NCBI GenBank assembly: GCA_902560705.1
Contig: CACEMW010000003.1
Coordinates: 6,125 to 70,124 of the forward strand
Reading direction: 5' to 3'
Length of the DNA stretch: 64,000 bases
DNA from: an uncultured Verrucomicrobiota bacterium
GTDB taxonomy: Bacteria > Verrucomicrobiota > Verrucomicrobiia > Limisphaerales > AAA164-E04
Numbering within the stretch: the stretch's first letter is position 1; every line of letters starts with the position of its first letter. The position numbers and the translations under genes were made by a program. The notes beneath the pieces were generated by a model that was not told where the DNA came from, did not search any database, and saw only the letters and a program-made list of their open reading frames with translations. Shown here in pieces: positions 9,526-19,121 of this stretch.

Positions 9526-10635
9526 CTAGACTCGGAGGTAGATCTTGCGACGATGAAGGAACCATACCAACCCAAAGCTCATGGCCAAGACTACGGCGAG
9601 CACCAGGACTTCGCCGTAATTGCCAAGAGCGCCCTTGATTGGGCCTCCGACAAGGCGATTGGCCAAGTTGTCGAAGCGAAGAAACTTATGCGCCAAATAG
9701 ATGGTGATGGGGTTCATGCCAATCCATACAAAAGGCCAGCACCAGTGATGAAAGCCCAGGCCGTCGATCACGTAGTAGAACAATGCCAGGAGGAGAAAAC
9801 TGTAGCCCCCGGTCACCAGCACAAAAGAAGAAGTCCAGATTTTCTTGATAATGGGGAACTGCATGCTCCAGGCGTAGCCCAGCGCCAGACAAATGAGCCC
9901 GCAGCCTGCCATTTGAAGGGCCTTTTTTGAGTGCGATGGGTTCGAGGCCTGGAGGATCATGCCCGCAAACACCCCCAAGAGGCAGCTCCCGATCGCAGGT
10001 AATGTGCTCAACAAACCTTCGGGATCGTGATCTCCATTCCACTTGAAAAGGGGCAAGTAAATTTTATCTACGTAATTTGCCAGATTCTTGTCTACTTCAA
10101 AGTTTCCTGCCCCGACGCCCGGCACTGGAATGAAGGTCATCATCGCCCAGTATCCCCCAAGGATGGCCACCAGGGACACCAGTCTTCCTTTCAAATCGGT
10201 GAAACAGAAAATTAGGGCAGCAAAAAGATAGCAAAGAGCAATGCGCTGGAGAACCCCAAGAAGTCGGATCTTTTCGACTCCTTCGGAAAACCCTCCATAA
10301 TAATAGATTCCAATCAGGTAGAGTATGAGAGAGCGGAGGAATACTTTTCGAAGTGTGCTGGCGCGCCCTCTTTGAGCCATGGAACGGTTCAAGCTGAAAA
10401 CGATGGAGACACCTGCTAGGAACACAAACAAAGGAAAAATGCAGTCATAAAAGGCCAACCCCTCCCACTTTTTATGACTCAGTTGTTCGGTGAGAAAGGT
10501 CACCCAGCTCGCCTTGGAGGTTCCACTCAGGGCGTGTACGAATTCTTCGGCACCGACAATCCAGAACATGTCGAAACCGCGCAAGGCATCCAAGCTGGTC
10601 AATCTTTGGGGTAAGGCATGGGATTCGGTGTTCAT
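9526..10635 (-). CDS. Acyltransferase-3/DUF5009-like (heparan-alpha-glucosaminide N-acetyltransferase-like) membrane protein
   Basis: RLTSLDALRGFDMFWIVG motif followed by about 10 TM helices. The probable start is MNTESH at 10635. Confidence 0.65.
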   Translation of the reverse strand: MNTESHALPQRLTSLDALRGFDMFWIVGAEEFVHALSGTSKASWVTFLTEQLSHKKWEGLAFYDCIFPLFVFLAGVSIVFSLNRSMAQRGRASTLRKVFLRSLILYLIGIYYYGGFSEGVEKIRLLGVLQRIALCYLFAALIFCFTDLKGRLVSLVAILGGYWAMMTFIPVPGVGAGNFEVDKNLANYVDKIYLPLFKWNGDHDPEGLLSTLPAIGSCLLGVFAGMILQASNPSHSKKALQMAGCGLICLALGYAWSMQFPIIKKIWTSSFVLVTGGYSFLLLALFYYVIDGLGFHHWCWPFVWIGMNPITIYLAHKFLRFDNLANRLVGGPIKGALGNYGEVLVLAVVLAMSFGLVWFLHRRKIYLRV

Positions 10636-10993
10636 ATTTCCTGCTCGCTCGTGGGTTTCCAACGAGCTAAATCCGTTGGGTGAATGGATTAATGTGAAGA
10701 CATTGTCCAAGCCTTACCTTGGCTCAGCAAGTCAAAAGGTTCGTTCATGAACCAGGAGATCTATCTCGCCGGACTTGAGAGACAAGATCCAGGGTGGAAG
10801 CCTTTTGCAAGGTGTTGGTCTGAATCTTGCTAATTGGTGAATGCTTTACGGCCTGAAACTCGGCAACATACGGCGATGGATGAGATGAAAGAAGACTACT
10901 TTGATCTTGTTATTCAAGGTCATCGCTCTACATTTTCACCGTTTGGTGATGTTTGCTGAAGGTTGCCAACTCACTCAACCATAAGAAATTCAT

Positions 10994-12466
10994 ATGTTAA
11001 TCTGGATCATTGCCATTCTGCTGCTCCTAGTATGGGGTGCTTTGGGGTTTTTCACTGGAGCACTCGCCATGCTGATCACCCTGGCGGGTTTCCTCGTTGC
11101 GCTGCTCTCCTCCAAGGCTCTCGCGCCGCTCATGGAATCTTTTTACGTCAAGATGGAATTCTCCAACTTGATCGCGCTCAAAATGCTGCCTCCGATCACG
11201 GCTTTTCTCCTCGTCAGCCTGATTTTTCTTACCATCGGTTTGGTCGTCCATTGGAAACTCTCCAGCCGCTTCAAATTTGCCATGGATGAGGTGACCCGAC
11301 TGCGCTGGACTCGCATGAACCAACATTGTGGCGCGGCCATTGGCCTTTTCATGGGAAGCGCCTACACCGTGCTGGTGGGCATGTTGGTTTATGTGATGGG
11401 ATATTTCAGCCTTCAGGTTGCTTCCTCGAACGATCAGGGATGGATTTCCCGATTAAACGCGGTGGCCGGTGGCCTGGAGGGCTCTGGGATGGCAAAAATT
11501 GCTCGTTCCATTTGTCCTGCTCCCGAAACGTTTTTCAAAGTTTCCGATCTTTTGGCCTTTTCCCGTGCCAACCCTTTGCTGGAGGTCCGCTACCGCAACT
11601 ATCCGCCATTCCTCAAATTGTCAGATGACAAGATGATTCAGGACATCTCCGCAGACGAAGGTTTCAATAATTTGTGGACTCAGCAAGCGGCCTTGGGTGA
11701 ATTCATAGAGAACCCAATCTGCAAACAGGTCATGACCGATCAAGGTTTTGTGGATCGGATGCTTGCCTATGATTTGGAGGACCTGGATGCTTACTTGCAC
11801 ACCGGAGAATCGCCGGCGCACAAGGATGAATCCATTCTGGGGCGGTGGGAGTTCGACGCCAATGCCACGATCAACCACTTCATGCGAAATACCGTGGGGG
11901 TCACAGGAAAGCAGATCCGAGAGTTCAAGGCCGTGGCATACGGCACGGACGGAGGACTCACGCTCGTGGCCCATCCAGATCAAAAGATCACCATCCAAGC
12001 TGATGCCAAGACCTTTCTCAAAAATGCCATGCGCATGGGAATCATGAAGGCCTATAAGATCGACTCTGAAACAGCTGAAACCTACGTCACTCAGTTCATG
12101 GACGGTGGGGGAAATCAAGGGAACGATGATGGCTACGGTGATCCATACGGTGGCATGAGCCAGGGGGATTATGAAATGCAACAGCGCTATGGTCTCAGTC
12201 CCGGCGCCATGAGTCAGCAGCAGGGCCCCAGCAGTGATCAGATTTCGGACTTCATGGAGGGGATGCAGAAAGGCTTTGAAGATTATTTCAGCAACCTCGA
12301 TCTTCAGTGGAAGAGGGTGGGACGGGGTCGCTACGAGGCCTCAGGGGGCCAGATTACCATCAAAAAGGATTACCGTTTGAGCCTCGAGGCCAAGAATACC
12401 TTTGCGGGTGCTCAAGGTGGGCTTCTTGGCGATGGTAGTGTCATGGTATTCAAACGCGTCTGGTAA
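10994..12466 (+). CDS. CvpA-like membrane protein with a large soluble C-terminal region
   Basis: The N-terminal third has about four TM helices of CvpA type (MLIWIIAILLLLVWGALGFFTGALAM...). The C-terminal region of about 300 aa is unassigned. Confidence 0.45.
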   Translation: MLIWIIAILLLLVWGALGFFTGALAMLITLAGFLVALLSSKALAPLMESFYVKMEFSNLIALKMLPPITAFLLVSLIFLTIGLVVHWKLSSRFKFAMDEVTRLRWTRMNQHCGAAIGLFMGSAYTVLVGMLVYVMGYFSLQVASSNDQGWISRLNAVAGGLEGSGMAKIARSICPAPETFFKVSDLLAFSRANPLLEVRYRNYPPFLKLSDDKMIQDISADEGFNNLWTQQAALGEFIENPICKQVMTDQGFVDRMLAYDLEDLDAYLHTGESPAHKDESILGRWEFDANATINHFMRNTVGVTGKQIREFKAVAYGTDGGLTLVAHPDQKITIQADAKTFLKNAMRMGIMKAYKIDSETAETYVTQFMDGGGNQGNDDGYGDPYGGMSQGDYEMQQRYGLSPGAMSQQQGPSSDQISDFMEGMQKGFEDYFSNLDLQWKRVGRGRYEASGGQITIKKDYRLSLEAKNTFAGAQGGLLGDGSVMVFKRVW

Positions 12467-12494
12467 GACCAAAATTTCTAATGCCGAGTCGAGC

Positions 12495-12527
12495 AAACAC
12501 AGCCTGAGGGCTGTGTTTTTTCTTTTG
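12495..12527 (+). terminator. Rho-independent terminator after the CvpA-like gene
   Basis: 10-bp stem AAACACAGCC/GGCTGTGTTT, loop TGAG, then a T-rich tract TTTTCTTTT. It starts 29 nt after the stop codon. Confidence 0.65.
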
Positions 12528-12612
12528 TTCTACCCACCCAGTTGCGTTCCTGTTGCAAGGCGTTGCCGGCTTCAGTTGACGCGCGGGGTGCCATGGCGCA
12601 GAATAGCCAATA

Positions 12613-15600
12613 ATGCTCCGTGTGTTTCCAAAGTCATGGGCTTGGCGTTCCCTACTGCTTGCTTTCGGGGCCGTGCTCTGGGCATCAGACTGTCTTTGTG
12701 CCCCTGAGTCTGAATCTCCGCCGGGGTGGGAAACCATCCAATCCCTCCTGCAGATCCATTGCTCCGATTGTCATGGTGCAAAGAAACAAAAAGGGGGGTT
12801 GCGTCTGGACAGCCTCTCACATCTCCTGCTGGGGGGTGCATCAGGCCCCATTCTGGATCCAACCGATGTGAAGCAAAGCGCCCTAGTGCAGCGCTTGCAA
12901 CATCCGAATCCAGAAGAACGGATGCCACCCGATGGTTCATCGAAATGGACCTTGTCCATGAAAGACCAGGTGGTGGAGTGGTTTGGCGAGCATCACAAAG
13001 AGCTTATGGATCGAGAAGATCGAGAAGATTCCCCCTTCGACTCTGAGGTGTACACCCACTGGTCGCTCCTGCCGCTTGAACGCCCCCAATTGCCCCATGG
13101 GCTAAACGCGGATCTGTCGGATTGGGGGCGCAATCCCATCGATGCCTTTGTATTGAAAGCCATGCTTGGTCAGGGCTTGAGCCCATCCGAACGTGCAGGG
13201 CGCGAAACGCTCATTCGAAGGGTCTACGTGGACATGTTGGGTTTATTGCCCACCCCTGAAGAGGTTCAAACCTTTTTACAGGACACGCATCCGATGGCCT
13301 ATGAACGGTTGGTGGACCGCTTGCTGGCCTCGCCTGCTTACGGTGAGCGCTGGGCACGTCACTGGCTTGATGTGGTCCACTATGCCGACACGCATGGGTA
13401 TGATAAGGACAAGTTGCGTCCTCATGCATGGCCCTATCGGGATTATGTGGTTCGCTCATTTAATGCGGACAAACCCTATGCCCGATTTGTGCGGGAACAA
13501 TTGGCAGGTGATGTGCTCTATCCTCAAAGCGTGGACGGGCTGACAGCCACTGGTTTCATCGCCACCGGGCCATGGGACTTCATCGGGCATGCCGAGGTTT
13601 CGGAAGACAAGGTGGACGGTCAGATTGCAAGGCACCTGGATCGCGATGACATGGTCACCACCGCGATGAACACCTTTGTCAGCACAACCGTTCAATGTGC
13701 CCGCTGTCATCACCATAAATTTGATCCGGTGAGGATGGATGACTACTACAGCTTGCAGGCGGTTTTTGCTGCCTTAGATCGATCGGATCGTGAGTTTGAT
13801 GCGGACCCGGTCGTGGCCCGTCAGCGCCAGTTTCTGCAGGAGCGCAAAACGCAGCTGACTGCTGACCTGAGCGCCCTGCAGGAGCGCATTCGCCAGAAAG
13901 CAGGCGAGCCGTTACGGAAAGTAGAGGCGTCCATCCAGACCTTGGAAAAGGCCTCTGCCAGCAGGCCAGATGCCTACGGTTACCATAGTGCGATCGCCGA
14001 TTTACCCGATGTTGAAAAGTGGGTGCAGGTGGATCTGGGTTCCATCCAAAGGATCCACCAGGTGCGTCTTTGGGGCTGTGAAGATGATTTCAATGGCATT
14101 GGTGCAGGCTTTGGTTTTCCTCCCAGGTTTCGTATTGAAGCTTCGAGCGAGGCCACCTTCACCCAGGAGAAACATTCACTGGTCGACCATACCCAACAGG
14201 ATGTGACCTCTCCTGGGTCGGGTGTCTTTGAAATGACCTTTGAGCCGGTTCAGGCACGGTTTGTCAGGGTGACGGTGACTCAGCTGGCCCATCGCTCCAA
14301 TGACTTCATCTTCGCGCTGGCCGAGTTGGAGGTGCTGGATGTGGGTGGCAATCCACTGGCGTTGGGTGCCTCAGTGCAAGCACTGGACAGCATTGAAGCC
14401 CCTGTGCGCTGGGCGCGAAGCAATCTGGTGGATGGGAAGCATGTCGAGTCGCCCTCACTCTCGGAGGATGGACGCAACCTCGGAGAACTCAAGGAAGCCA
14501 GGCAGGAGTTGCTCGAAAAAGCTACCCAGCCCGAATGGTCCAGAGATCAACATGACTGGAAGGAGGAGTTGAAGGAGGTGGCTGTGGCACTGGAAGAGCT
14601 TCCCCCTGTCTCCAAGGTATATGCTGGCATGGTGCATCACGGCTCCGGGGCTTTTCGTGGGCGTGGGTATTTGAATGGTGAGCCGAGAATGATTCGCATT
14701 TTGGCCAGGGGAGATGTTTCACAACCTGGAAAGGAAGTTCAACCCGGGGCAATCCCTGTCTTTGATGGTCAAGCTCCATCCTTCACTTTGGCCAATGGGC
14801 ATTCGGAGGGTGACCGGCGAGTGGCCCTGGCATCCTGGATTCTTCGGCGTGATCACCCACTTACCTGGAGAACCATCGTCAATCGCCTTTGGCAATACCA
14901 TTTCGGGGTGGGAATCTGTCCCACGCCCAATGATTTTGGCCGCATGGGCGCCGACCCAAGCCATCCTGACTTGCTGGACTGGTTGGCGGTGGAATTCAGG
15001 GATGGAGGTCAGTCCTTCAAGAAGTTGCATCGCTTGATTCTCACCAGTGCCACCTATCGTCAGGTGTCTTCCGCCGATCCGGGCAAGGCAAGCATCGATG
15101 GTGACAATCGCTATTTGTGGAGAATGAATCGACGACGACTTGAAGCTGAGGCTTATCGTGATTCGGTGCTGCAGCTAGCTGGGCTCTTGGACCGGCGCAT
15201 CGGAGGATCGTCTTTCAGGGATTTTGTCATCGAAAAACCCGAGCATTCTCCTCATTACGAATACCATTTGCATGATCCGATGGATCCTCTATCCCATCGC
15301 CGATCGGTGTATCGATTCATCGTGCGCTCCCAGCAACAACCTTTTATGACGACACTGGATTGTGCCGACCCCTCCCTGATGGTAGCCAAACGTAATGAAA
15401 CCCTCACGCCCGCGCAATCTCTCGCCATGTTGAACAACCCCTTCATGCTCGCCATGTCCGAGGCATGGGCGGATCAACTCACCCGGGAGGGAGGCTCTCT
15501 TGAGGACCAGGTTCGGGGGGCGCTTGGTACACTGCTTGGTAGGCAGCCATCCTCCCAGGAGATTCATCGCTGGCTGGGGTATGCCCGGGACCATGGGTTG

Positions 15601-15654
15601 GCCAACACCTGCCGCTGGCTCTTCAACCTCAACGCTTTCCTTTTCGTCGACTGA
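12613..15654 (+). CDS. PSCyt1 / DUF1549 / discoidin (F5/8 type C)-like / DUF1553 protein
   Basis: Signal peptide. CSDCHGAKKQKGGLRLD (planctomycete cytochrome c, CxxCH). ERWARHWLDVVHYADTHGYDKD (DUF1549). CARCHHHKFDP. A discoidin-like insert (VQVDLGSIQRIHQVRLWG...FIFALAELEV). DUF1553-type C-terminus. Confidence 0.85.
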   Translation: MLRVFPKSWAWRSLLLAFGAVLWASDCLCAPESESPPGWETIQSLLQIHCSDCHGAKKQKGGLRLDSLSHLLLGGASGPILDPTDVKQSALVQRLQHPNPEERMPPDGSSKWTLSMKDQVVEWFGEHHKELMDREDREDSPFDSEVYTHWSLLPLERPQLPHGLNADLSDWGRNPIDAFVLKAMLGQGLSPSERAGRETLIRRVYVDMLGLLPTPEEVQTFLQDTHPMAYERLVDRLLASPAYGERWARHWLDVVHYADTHGYDKDKLRPHAWPYRDYVVRSFNADKPYARFVREQLAGDVLYPQSVDGLTATGFIATGPWDFIGHAEVSEDKVDGQIARHLDRDDMVTTAMNTFVSTTVQCARCHHHKFDPVRMDDYYSLQAVFAALDRSDREFDADPVVARQRQFLQERKTQLTADLSALQERIRQKAGEPLRKVEASIQTLEKASASRPDAYGYHSAIADLPDVEKWVQVDLGSIQRIHQVRLWGCEDDFNGIGAGFGFPPRFRIEASSEATFTQEKHSLVDHTQQDVTSPGSGVFEMTFEPVQARFVRVTVTQLAHRSNDFIFALAELEVLDVGGNPLALGASVQALDSIEAPVRWARSNLVDGKHVESPSLSEDGRNLGELKEARQELLEKATQPEWSRDQHDWKEELKEVAVALEELPPVSKVYAGMVHHGSGAFRGRGYLNGEPRMIRILARGDVSQPGKEVQPGAIPVFDGQAPSFTLANGHSEGDRRVALASWILRRDHPLTWRTIVNRLWQYHFGVGICPTPNDFGRMGADPSHPDLLDWLAVEFRDGGQSFKKLHRLILTSATYRQVSSADPGKASIDGDNRYLWRMNRRRLEAEAYRDSVLQLAGLLDRRIGGSSFRDFVIEKPEHSPHYEYHLHDPMDPLSHRRSVYRFIVRSQQQPFMTTLDCADPSLMVAKRNETLTPAQSLAMLNNPFMLAMSEAWADQLTREGGSLEDQVRGALGTLLGRQPSSQEIHRWLGYARDHGLANTCRWLFNLNAFLFVD

Positions 15655-15662
15655 AAAAGTAA

Positions 15663-15699
15663 ACCCCGATCTCCAAGGCAAGGAGAACGGGGTCTTTTA
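15663..15699. terminator. Probable bidirectional terminator between convergent genes
   Basis: Hairpin ACCCCG-at-CTCC / loop AAGGCAA / GGAG-aa-CGGGGT. It is followed by CTTTT on the + strand and preceded by AAAAAG, which gives a T-run on the - strand. It sits between the stop at 15654 and the jag stop at 15723. Confidence 0.5.
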
Positions 15700-15722
15700 A
15701 AGCTCTTGGTCCGCTGTTCGGA

Positions 15723-16202
15723 TCAGTGCTTGGGACGCAGAAGAATGGCTTTCTTGCGGGTGCCATCAACTTCCACACTGTGAGTCTCGATGGATGGATC
15801 GTCCTTTAAGGTGTTGTGAACGATACGTCTCTCATAAGCATTCATGGGCTCCAGTTCGACCACGTCACCCCAGCGACGAACTTTGTCCGCAGCCGCTTTG
15901 GTTTTTTCAATCAGGGAGTCTCTGGACTTCATGCGGTAATTGCCTACATCCAGAGTGACCTTGGGAACGTCGCGATCCTGGCGAAAGAGAAGTCGGTTGA
16001 CGACGTATTGCAATTGACTGAGCGTCTGCCCCTGACGGCCAATGAGGCGTCCCGGATCTTCGGTTTGGATCTCGAGAAAAATATTGTCATCCATGTGGGT
16101 TTCTGCCACGGAGGCGGAAAAACCCAGGGAGTTGAGCAGGCCTTCCAATGTTTCTTTTGGTTTTGCGTTCATGGTTTCACGAATCTGAGGAACCTCTGTC
16201 AT
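15723..16202 (-). CDS. jag: Jag/KhpB RNA-binding protein (KH + R3H)
   Basis: R3H motif ERRIVHNTLKD and a KH-like LIGRQGQTLSQLQYV. ATGA overlap with the yidC stop. Canonical position after yidC. Confidence 0.85.
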   Translation of the reverse strand: MTEVPQIRETMNAKPKETLEGLLNSLGFSASVAETHMDDNIFLEIQTEDPGRLIGRQGQTLSQLQYVVNRLLFRQDRDVPKVTLDVGNYRMKSRDSLIEKTKAAADKVRRWGDVVELEPMNAYERRIVHNTLKDDPSIETHSVEVDGTRKKAILLRPKH

Positions 16203-18025
16203 GGGTTCTTCTTCTTGTTTGGTTTACGGTAGGATTGCCCCCAGTCCGGGCTCCCTTTGTGTGGAGTCTTCGGTTGGTCGGTTGGAGTGGGGGTCGATCC
16301 CGCAGTCTCGTTTCTGATGAGCTTCATCTGGACAATGGACAAGAGGTTTTGGACCGTCCAGTAAAGGGCAAGACCTGCGGAAAAGTTGTATAAAATGAAG
16401 ACAAACATCAATGGCATGTATCTCATGATCTTCTGCTGGGCAGGATCCATACCTGGAGAGGGAGGTGTCATGCTGGTTTGCCAGAGCTGGGCCGCTCCCA
16501 TCAGGAGAGGCCACAAATTGAATGGGAGTTCCAATCCCGGAATGATGAACAGGGTATCTGGCTGGGAGAGGTCACTGGTCCAAAGGAAGCTGGCACCTCT
16601 CAACTCGATCGCGCTCTGAAGCATGGAATAAAAGCCAAAGAACACGGGAAGTTGCAGAAGGATGGGCAGGCACCCCCCCAGCGGGCTGACTTTGTTTTCC
16701 CGCATGAACTCCATGAGCTTGCGGTTCATTTTTTGAGGGTCCTCCTTGTATTTGTCCTGAATAGCCTTCATCTGGGGCTGGAGAGCCGACATGCGCTTCA
16801 TGGACCGTGTGCTCGCCTGAGTCAGAGGCCAGAATAGGATCTTGATAATGACGGTGATCGCGACAATGGACCAACCGTAGCTCAAACCCCAATATACGAG
16901 CTTGTTCATCGCCAGGAGGAGTCCTTCGGCAAAAACGCCGAAAAATCCAGTGAAGCCCATCACCGCATCCACACCTTCGTTGGTTTGTTTTCCGAGGCTC
17001 CTGAGGGTGTTGTATTCCTTGGGGCCTGTGAACAAAGTGTAATGATACTCCACATTTTGGTTGGCTCCCAGGGTGGTGACTGGATACGCAAAGGCGTTGA
17101 GATAAGCCTTGGGGTTGGGGTTGGCGTTGGGGTGCTTCTGGAGGGTTTCCACGCTGGGGGCGGGGAGTGCCCTCTGTTGAGTGACCAAGGCATGGGCGGG
17201 TTTCTCCGGGATGGCAATCATGGCAAAGTACTGATTGTCCACCGAGGCCCAGCGAATGGGACTATACTCCGAAGCGTAAGTGGTGCGAGGCGTGCCAGGG
17301 AAACAGCCCAAGGTGCGGTTGGCAAACCATCCTTCCTTGACCTCTTCAACTTCATCCTCGTAGCCATAGCGAAGGCCCATGTAGAGATCCTTGTCTTCCG
17401 GCGTGGTGGGGCCGGTGCTCCCCGTCACCACGTAATGCTCGGGAACATTCATTCCTTGCTCAGAGGTGTTCTCAATCCTGATGGAAGCCTGAATGACATA
17501 ATTGGTGGTTGGGGTGAATGTTTTCGTCACGCGCAGGCCCTCCTCAGTTTGAGTGGTGGCCATGATTTGATCCCCTTGCTGGGAAAGCTGGTAAGGCATT
17601 GGGGAAGCAGCATCCAGGCTCCCAAAGAGGATACTCATGGCGGGGATCTCAAGGTGATGGTTCAGCTGTACCTTTTCCTCTGTGGTGGAGTCATCCTCTT
17701 CGCGGCGAGTGGTTACATTAAAATCGCGGAGCAGGATGGACTCAATACCTCCACCCAGGGAGGTAAAGTTGTAATCCAATGATTCCATCTCCAGGATCAG
17801 TGCAGAGGCTTCCACGCCAACCGGAGCAGTGAGAGGGGTGTTGCCTTCCTGCCCCCCAGGGCTTTCAGCAGTCTCCGTCAGAGTTGGGTTGACCGAGGGA
17901 GCTTCCTGGTTTTCGGCAACCGCCTGAGGGGTCTGCTTTGGGGGATACATCTGGTTGATGCTCTTGTACCAGATGACCATGCCGAGGATGGAAAAGATGA
18001 GGATGGCTACGGATTTACGATCCAT
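16199..18025 (-). CDS. yidC: Membrane protein insertase YidC
   Basis: N-terminal anchor, large periplasmic domain and a conserved core (IILFWPLTQASTRSMKRMSALQPQMKAIQDKYKEDPQKMNRKLMEFMRENKVSPLGGCLPILLQLPVFFGFY). Confidence 0.95.
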   Translation of the reverse strand: MDRKSVAILIFSILGMVIWYKSINQMYPPKQTPQAVAENQEAPSVNPTLTETAESPGGQEGNTPLTAPVGVEASALILEMESLDYNFTSLGGGIESILLRDFNVTTRREEDDSTTEEKVQLNHHLEIPAMSILFGSLDAASPMPYQLSQQGDQIMATTQTEEGLRVTKTFTPTTNYVIQASIRIENTSEQGMNVPEHYVVTGSTGPTTPEDKDLYMGLRYGYEDEVEEVKEGWFANRTLGCFPGTPRTTYASEYSPIRWASVDNQYFAMIAIPEKPAHALVTQQRALPAPSVETLQKHPNANPNPKAYLNAFAYPVTTLGANQNVEYHYTLFTGPKEYNTLRSLGKQTNEGVDAVMGFTGFFGVFAEGLLLAMNKLVYWGLSYGWSIVAITVIIKILFWPLTQASTRSMKRMSALQPQMKAIQDKYKEDPQKMNRKLMEFMRENKVSPLGGCLPILLQLPVFFGFYSMLQSAIELRGASFLWTSDLSQPDTLFIIPGLELPFNLWPLLMGAAQLWQTSMTPPSPGMDPAQQKIMRYMPLMFVFILYNFSAGLALYWTVQNLLSIVQMKLIRNETAGSTPTPTDQPKTPHKGSPDWGQSYRKPNKKKNP

Positions 18026-18043
18026 GGGTGCGTGAATAAGTCT

Positions 18044-18379
18044 TTAAGGTCGCCGCTCGTCCATTTCCGAGCGGTAAAAGATGGGTGACATGGGTTTTAG
18101 TGGCTTTGCTGTCACTGACGTGATCACATTGGGATCCATAGAACTTGGAACTGGATCCCAGCCGGAGGGTCCCGCCGGATGGCATTTTGTTAGGCGCTTG
18201 AGCGCCAGAAGGCTCCCACTCCAGACCCTGTGCTGCATGATCGACTCCATGGCATAGGCCGAAAATGTGGGTTGAAATCGGCAGCCTGCTCCAGATCCCA
18301 TGAAGAACCTTTTCAGGGGAGACAGGGTCCACCGGTAGAGAACAAGCGGGAAGCATGCTAAATGTCGCCATAGCTTCAT
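18044..18379 (-). CDS. yidD: Membrane protein insertion efficiency factor YidD (with an extended C-terminus)
   Basis: LYRWTLSPL...CRFQPTFSAYAMESI...LALKRLTKCHP motif set. Located between rnpA and yidC. Confidence 0.85.
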   Translation of the reverse strand: MKLWRHLACFPLVLYRWTLSPLKRFFMGSGAGCRFQPTFSAYAMESIMQHRVWSGSLLALKRLTKCHPAGPSGWDPVPSSMDPNVITSVTAKPLKPMSPIFYRSEMDERRP

Positions 18380-18657
18380 TTTTCTTCGTCCTCCAACATG
18401 GTGTGTTCCTTCAAGATGCTAATCAAATCCAACGCCACTTCAGGCTGGCGTTTGTTCACGATGGACTTCCTGGCAATCAAGATGATATCCACTGGAGTCA
18501 CCAAGGCGTGTTGAATATGCCGGAAGGATTCCCTCAACAGTCTCCTCGCACGATTTCGGTCGTGTGCCTTGCCGATTCGCTTGCTTGTGATGACACCCAG
18601 TCTCGAGATTTTGGCCGACGGGTTGAGCTGCCAATTAGCAATCAGGCATCCACGCAC
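18376..18657 (-). CDS. rnpA: RNase P protein component (5' end probably extends upstream to a non-ATG start)
   Basis: ITSKRIGKAHDRNRARRLLRESF (RNR motif region). The listed start is a GTG. The same frame stays open upstream and encodes the conserved ...ILRSAEFAHLKKTGHRK segment, with candidate CTG codons at 18726 and 18750. Confidence 0.8.
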   Translation of the reverse strand: MRGCLIANWQLNPSAKISRLGVITSKRIGKAHDRNRARRLLRESFRHIQHALVTPVDIILIARKSIVNKRQPEVALDLISILKEHTMLEDEEK

Positions 18658-18782
18658 CTTTCTATGCCCCGTTTTCTTGAGATGAGCAAATTCGGCGGAT
18701 CTCAGGATGCGCTGGCGATGAGTCAGGTGAAGTGGTTGAGCTGGCTTCAGACGAGTGGTTAAACTTTCAGGGAGAGGATGTT

Positions 18783-18920
18783 CTATGCTGGGGTTAGTCG
18801 CTTGCGTCCAGCGCGGCGTCGGGCATTGAGGATGCCACGGCCGCTCTTGCTGCGGGTGCGACTGAGAAAACCATGTTGGCGTTTTCTACGAATCTTGGAT
18901 GGTTGATAGGTCCTTTTCAT
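18783..18920 (-). CDS. rpmH: 50S ribosomal protein L34
   Basis: Hand translation gives [45 protein letters not shown] plus a stop (45 aa). It is absent from the ORF track because it is under 60 aa. Confidence 0.95.
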   Translation of the reverse strand: MKRTYQPSKIRRKRQHGFLSRTRSKSGRGILNARRRAGRKRLTPA

Positions 18921-19121
18921 ACAAAATTTTAAATAAAACGAGGTTCTCTTCGCCTTCAGGCAAGAGGGATGCCCCTTGTTGAATTGGGTTCAAAACGCCC
19001 AAAATAGAGTCGCGGAGCATACCAACCGTCCATGGGATGTCAAGCAGTGCAAATTCATATTTCAAAGCTAGACCTAACGGAATTCTTACCTCTAAGCTAA
19101 GCGCTTTAGTTGAATCGTTAC

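Noticed and set aside
17111-17134. Tandem hexamers GGGGTT GGGGTT GGCGTT GGGGTG (possible G-quadruplex or microsatellite)
   Set aside because: They lie inside yidC and simply encode a PNANPNP low-complexity linker in the periplasmic domain. Only three clean G4 runs are present, and there is no evidence of a regulatory role.
18921-19109. Possible replication origin next to rpmH
   Set aside because: rpmH-rnpA-yidC often flanks dnaA/oriC. However, there is no dnaA or dnaN in the window, and I found no TTATCCACA-like DnaA boxes or A/T-rich 13-mer clusters in this 189-bp spacer.
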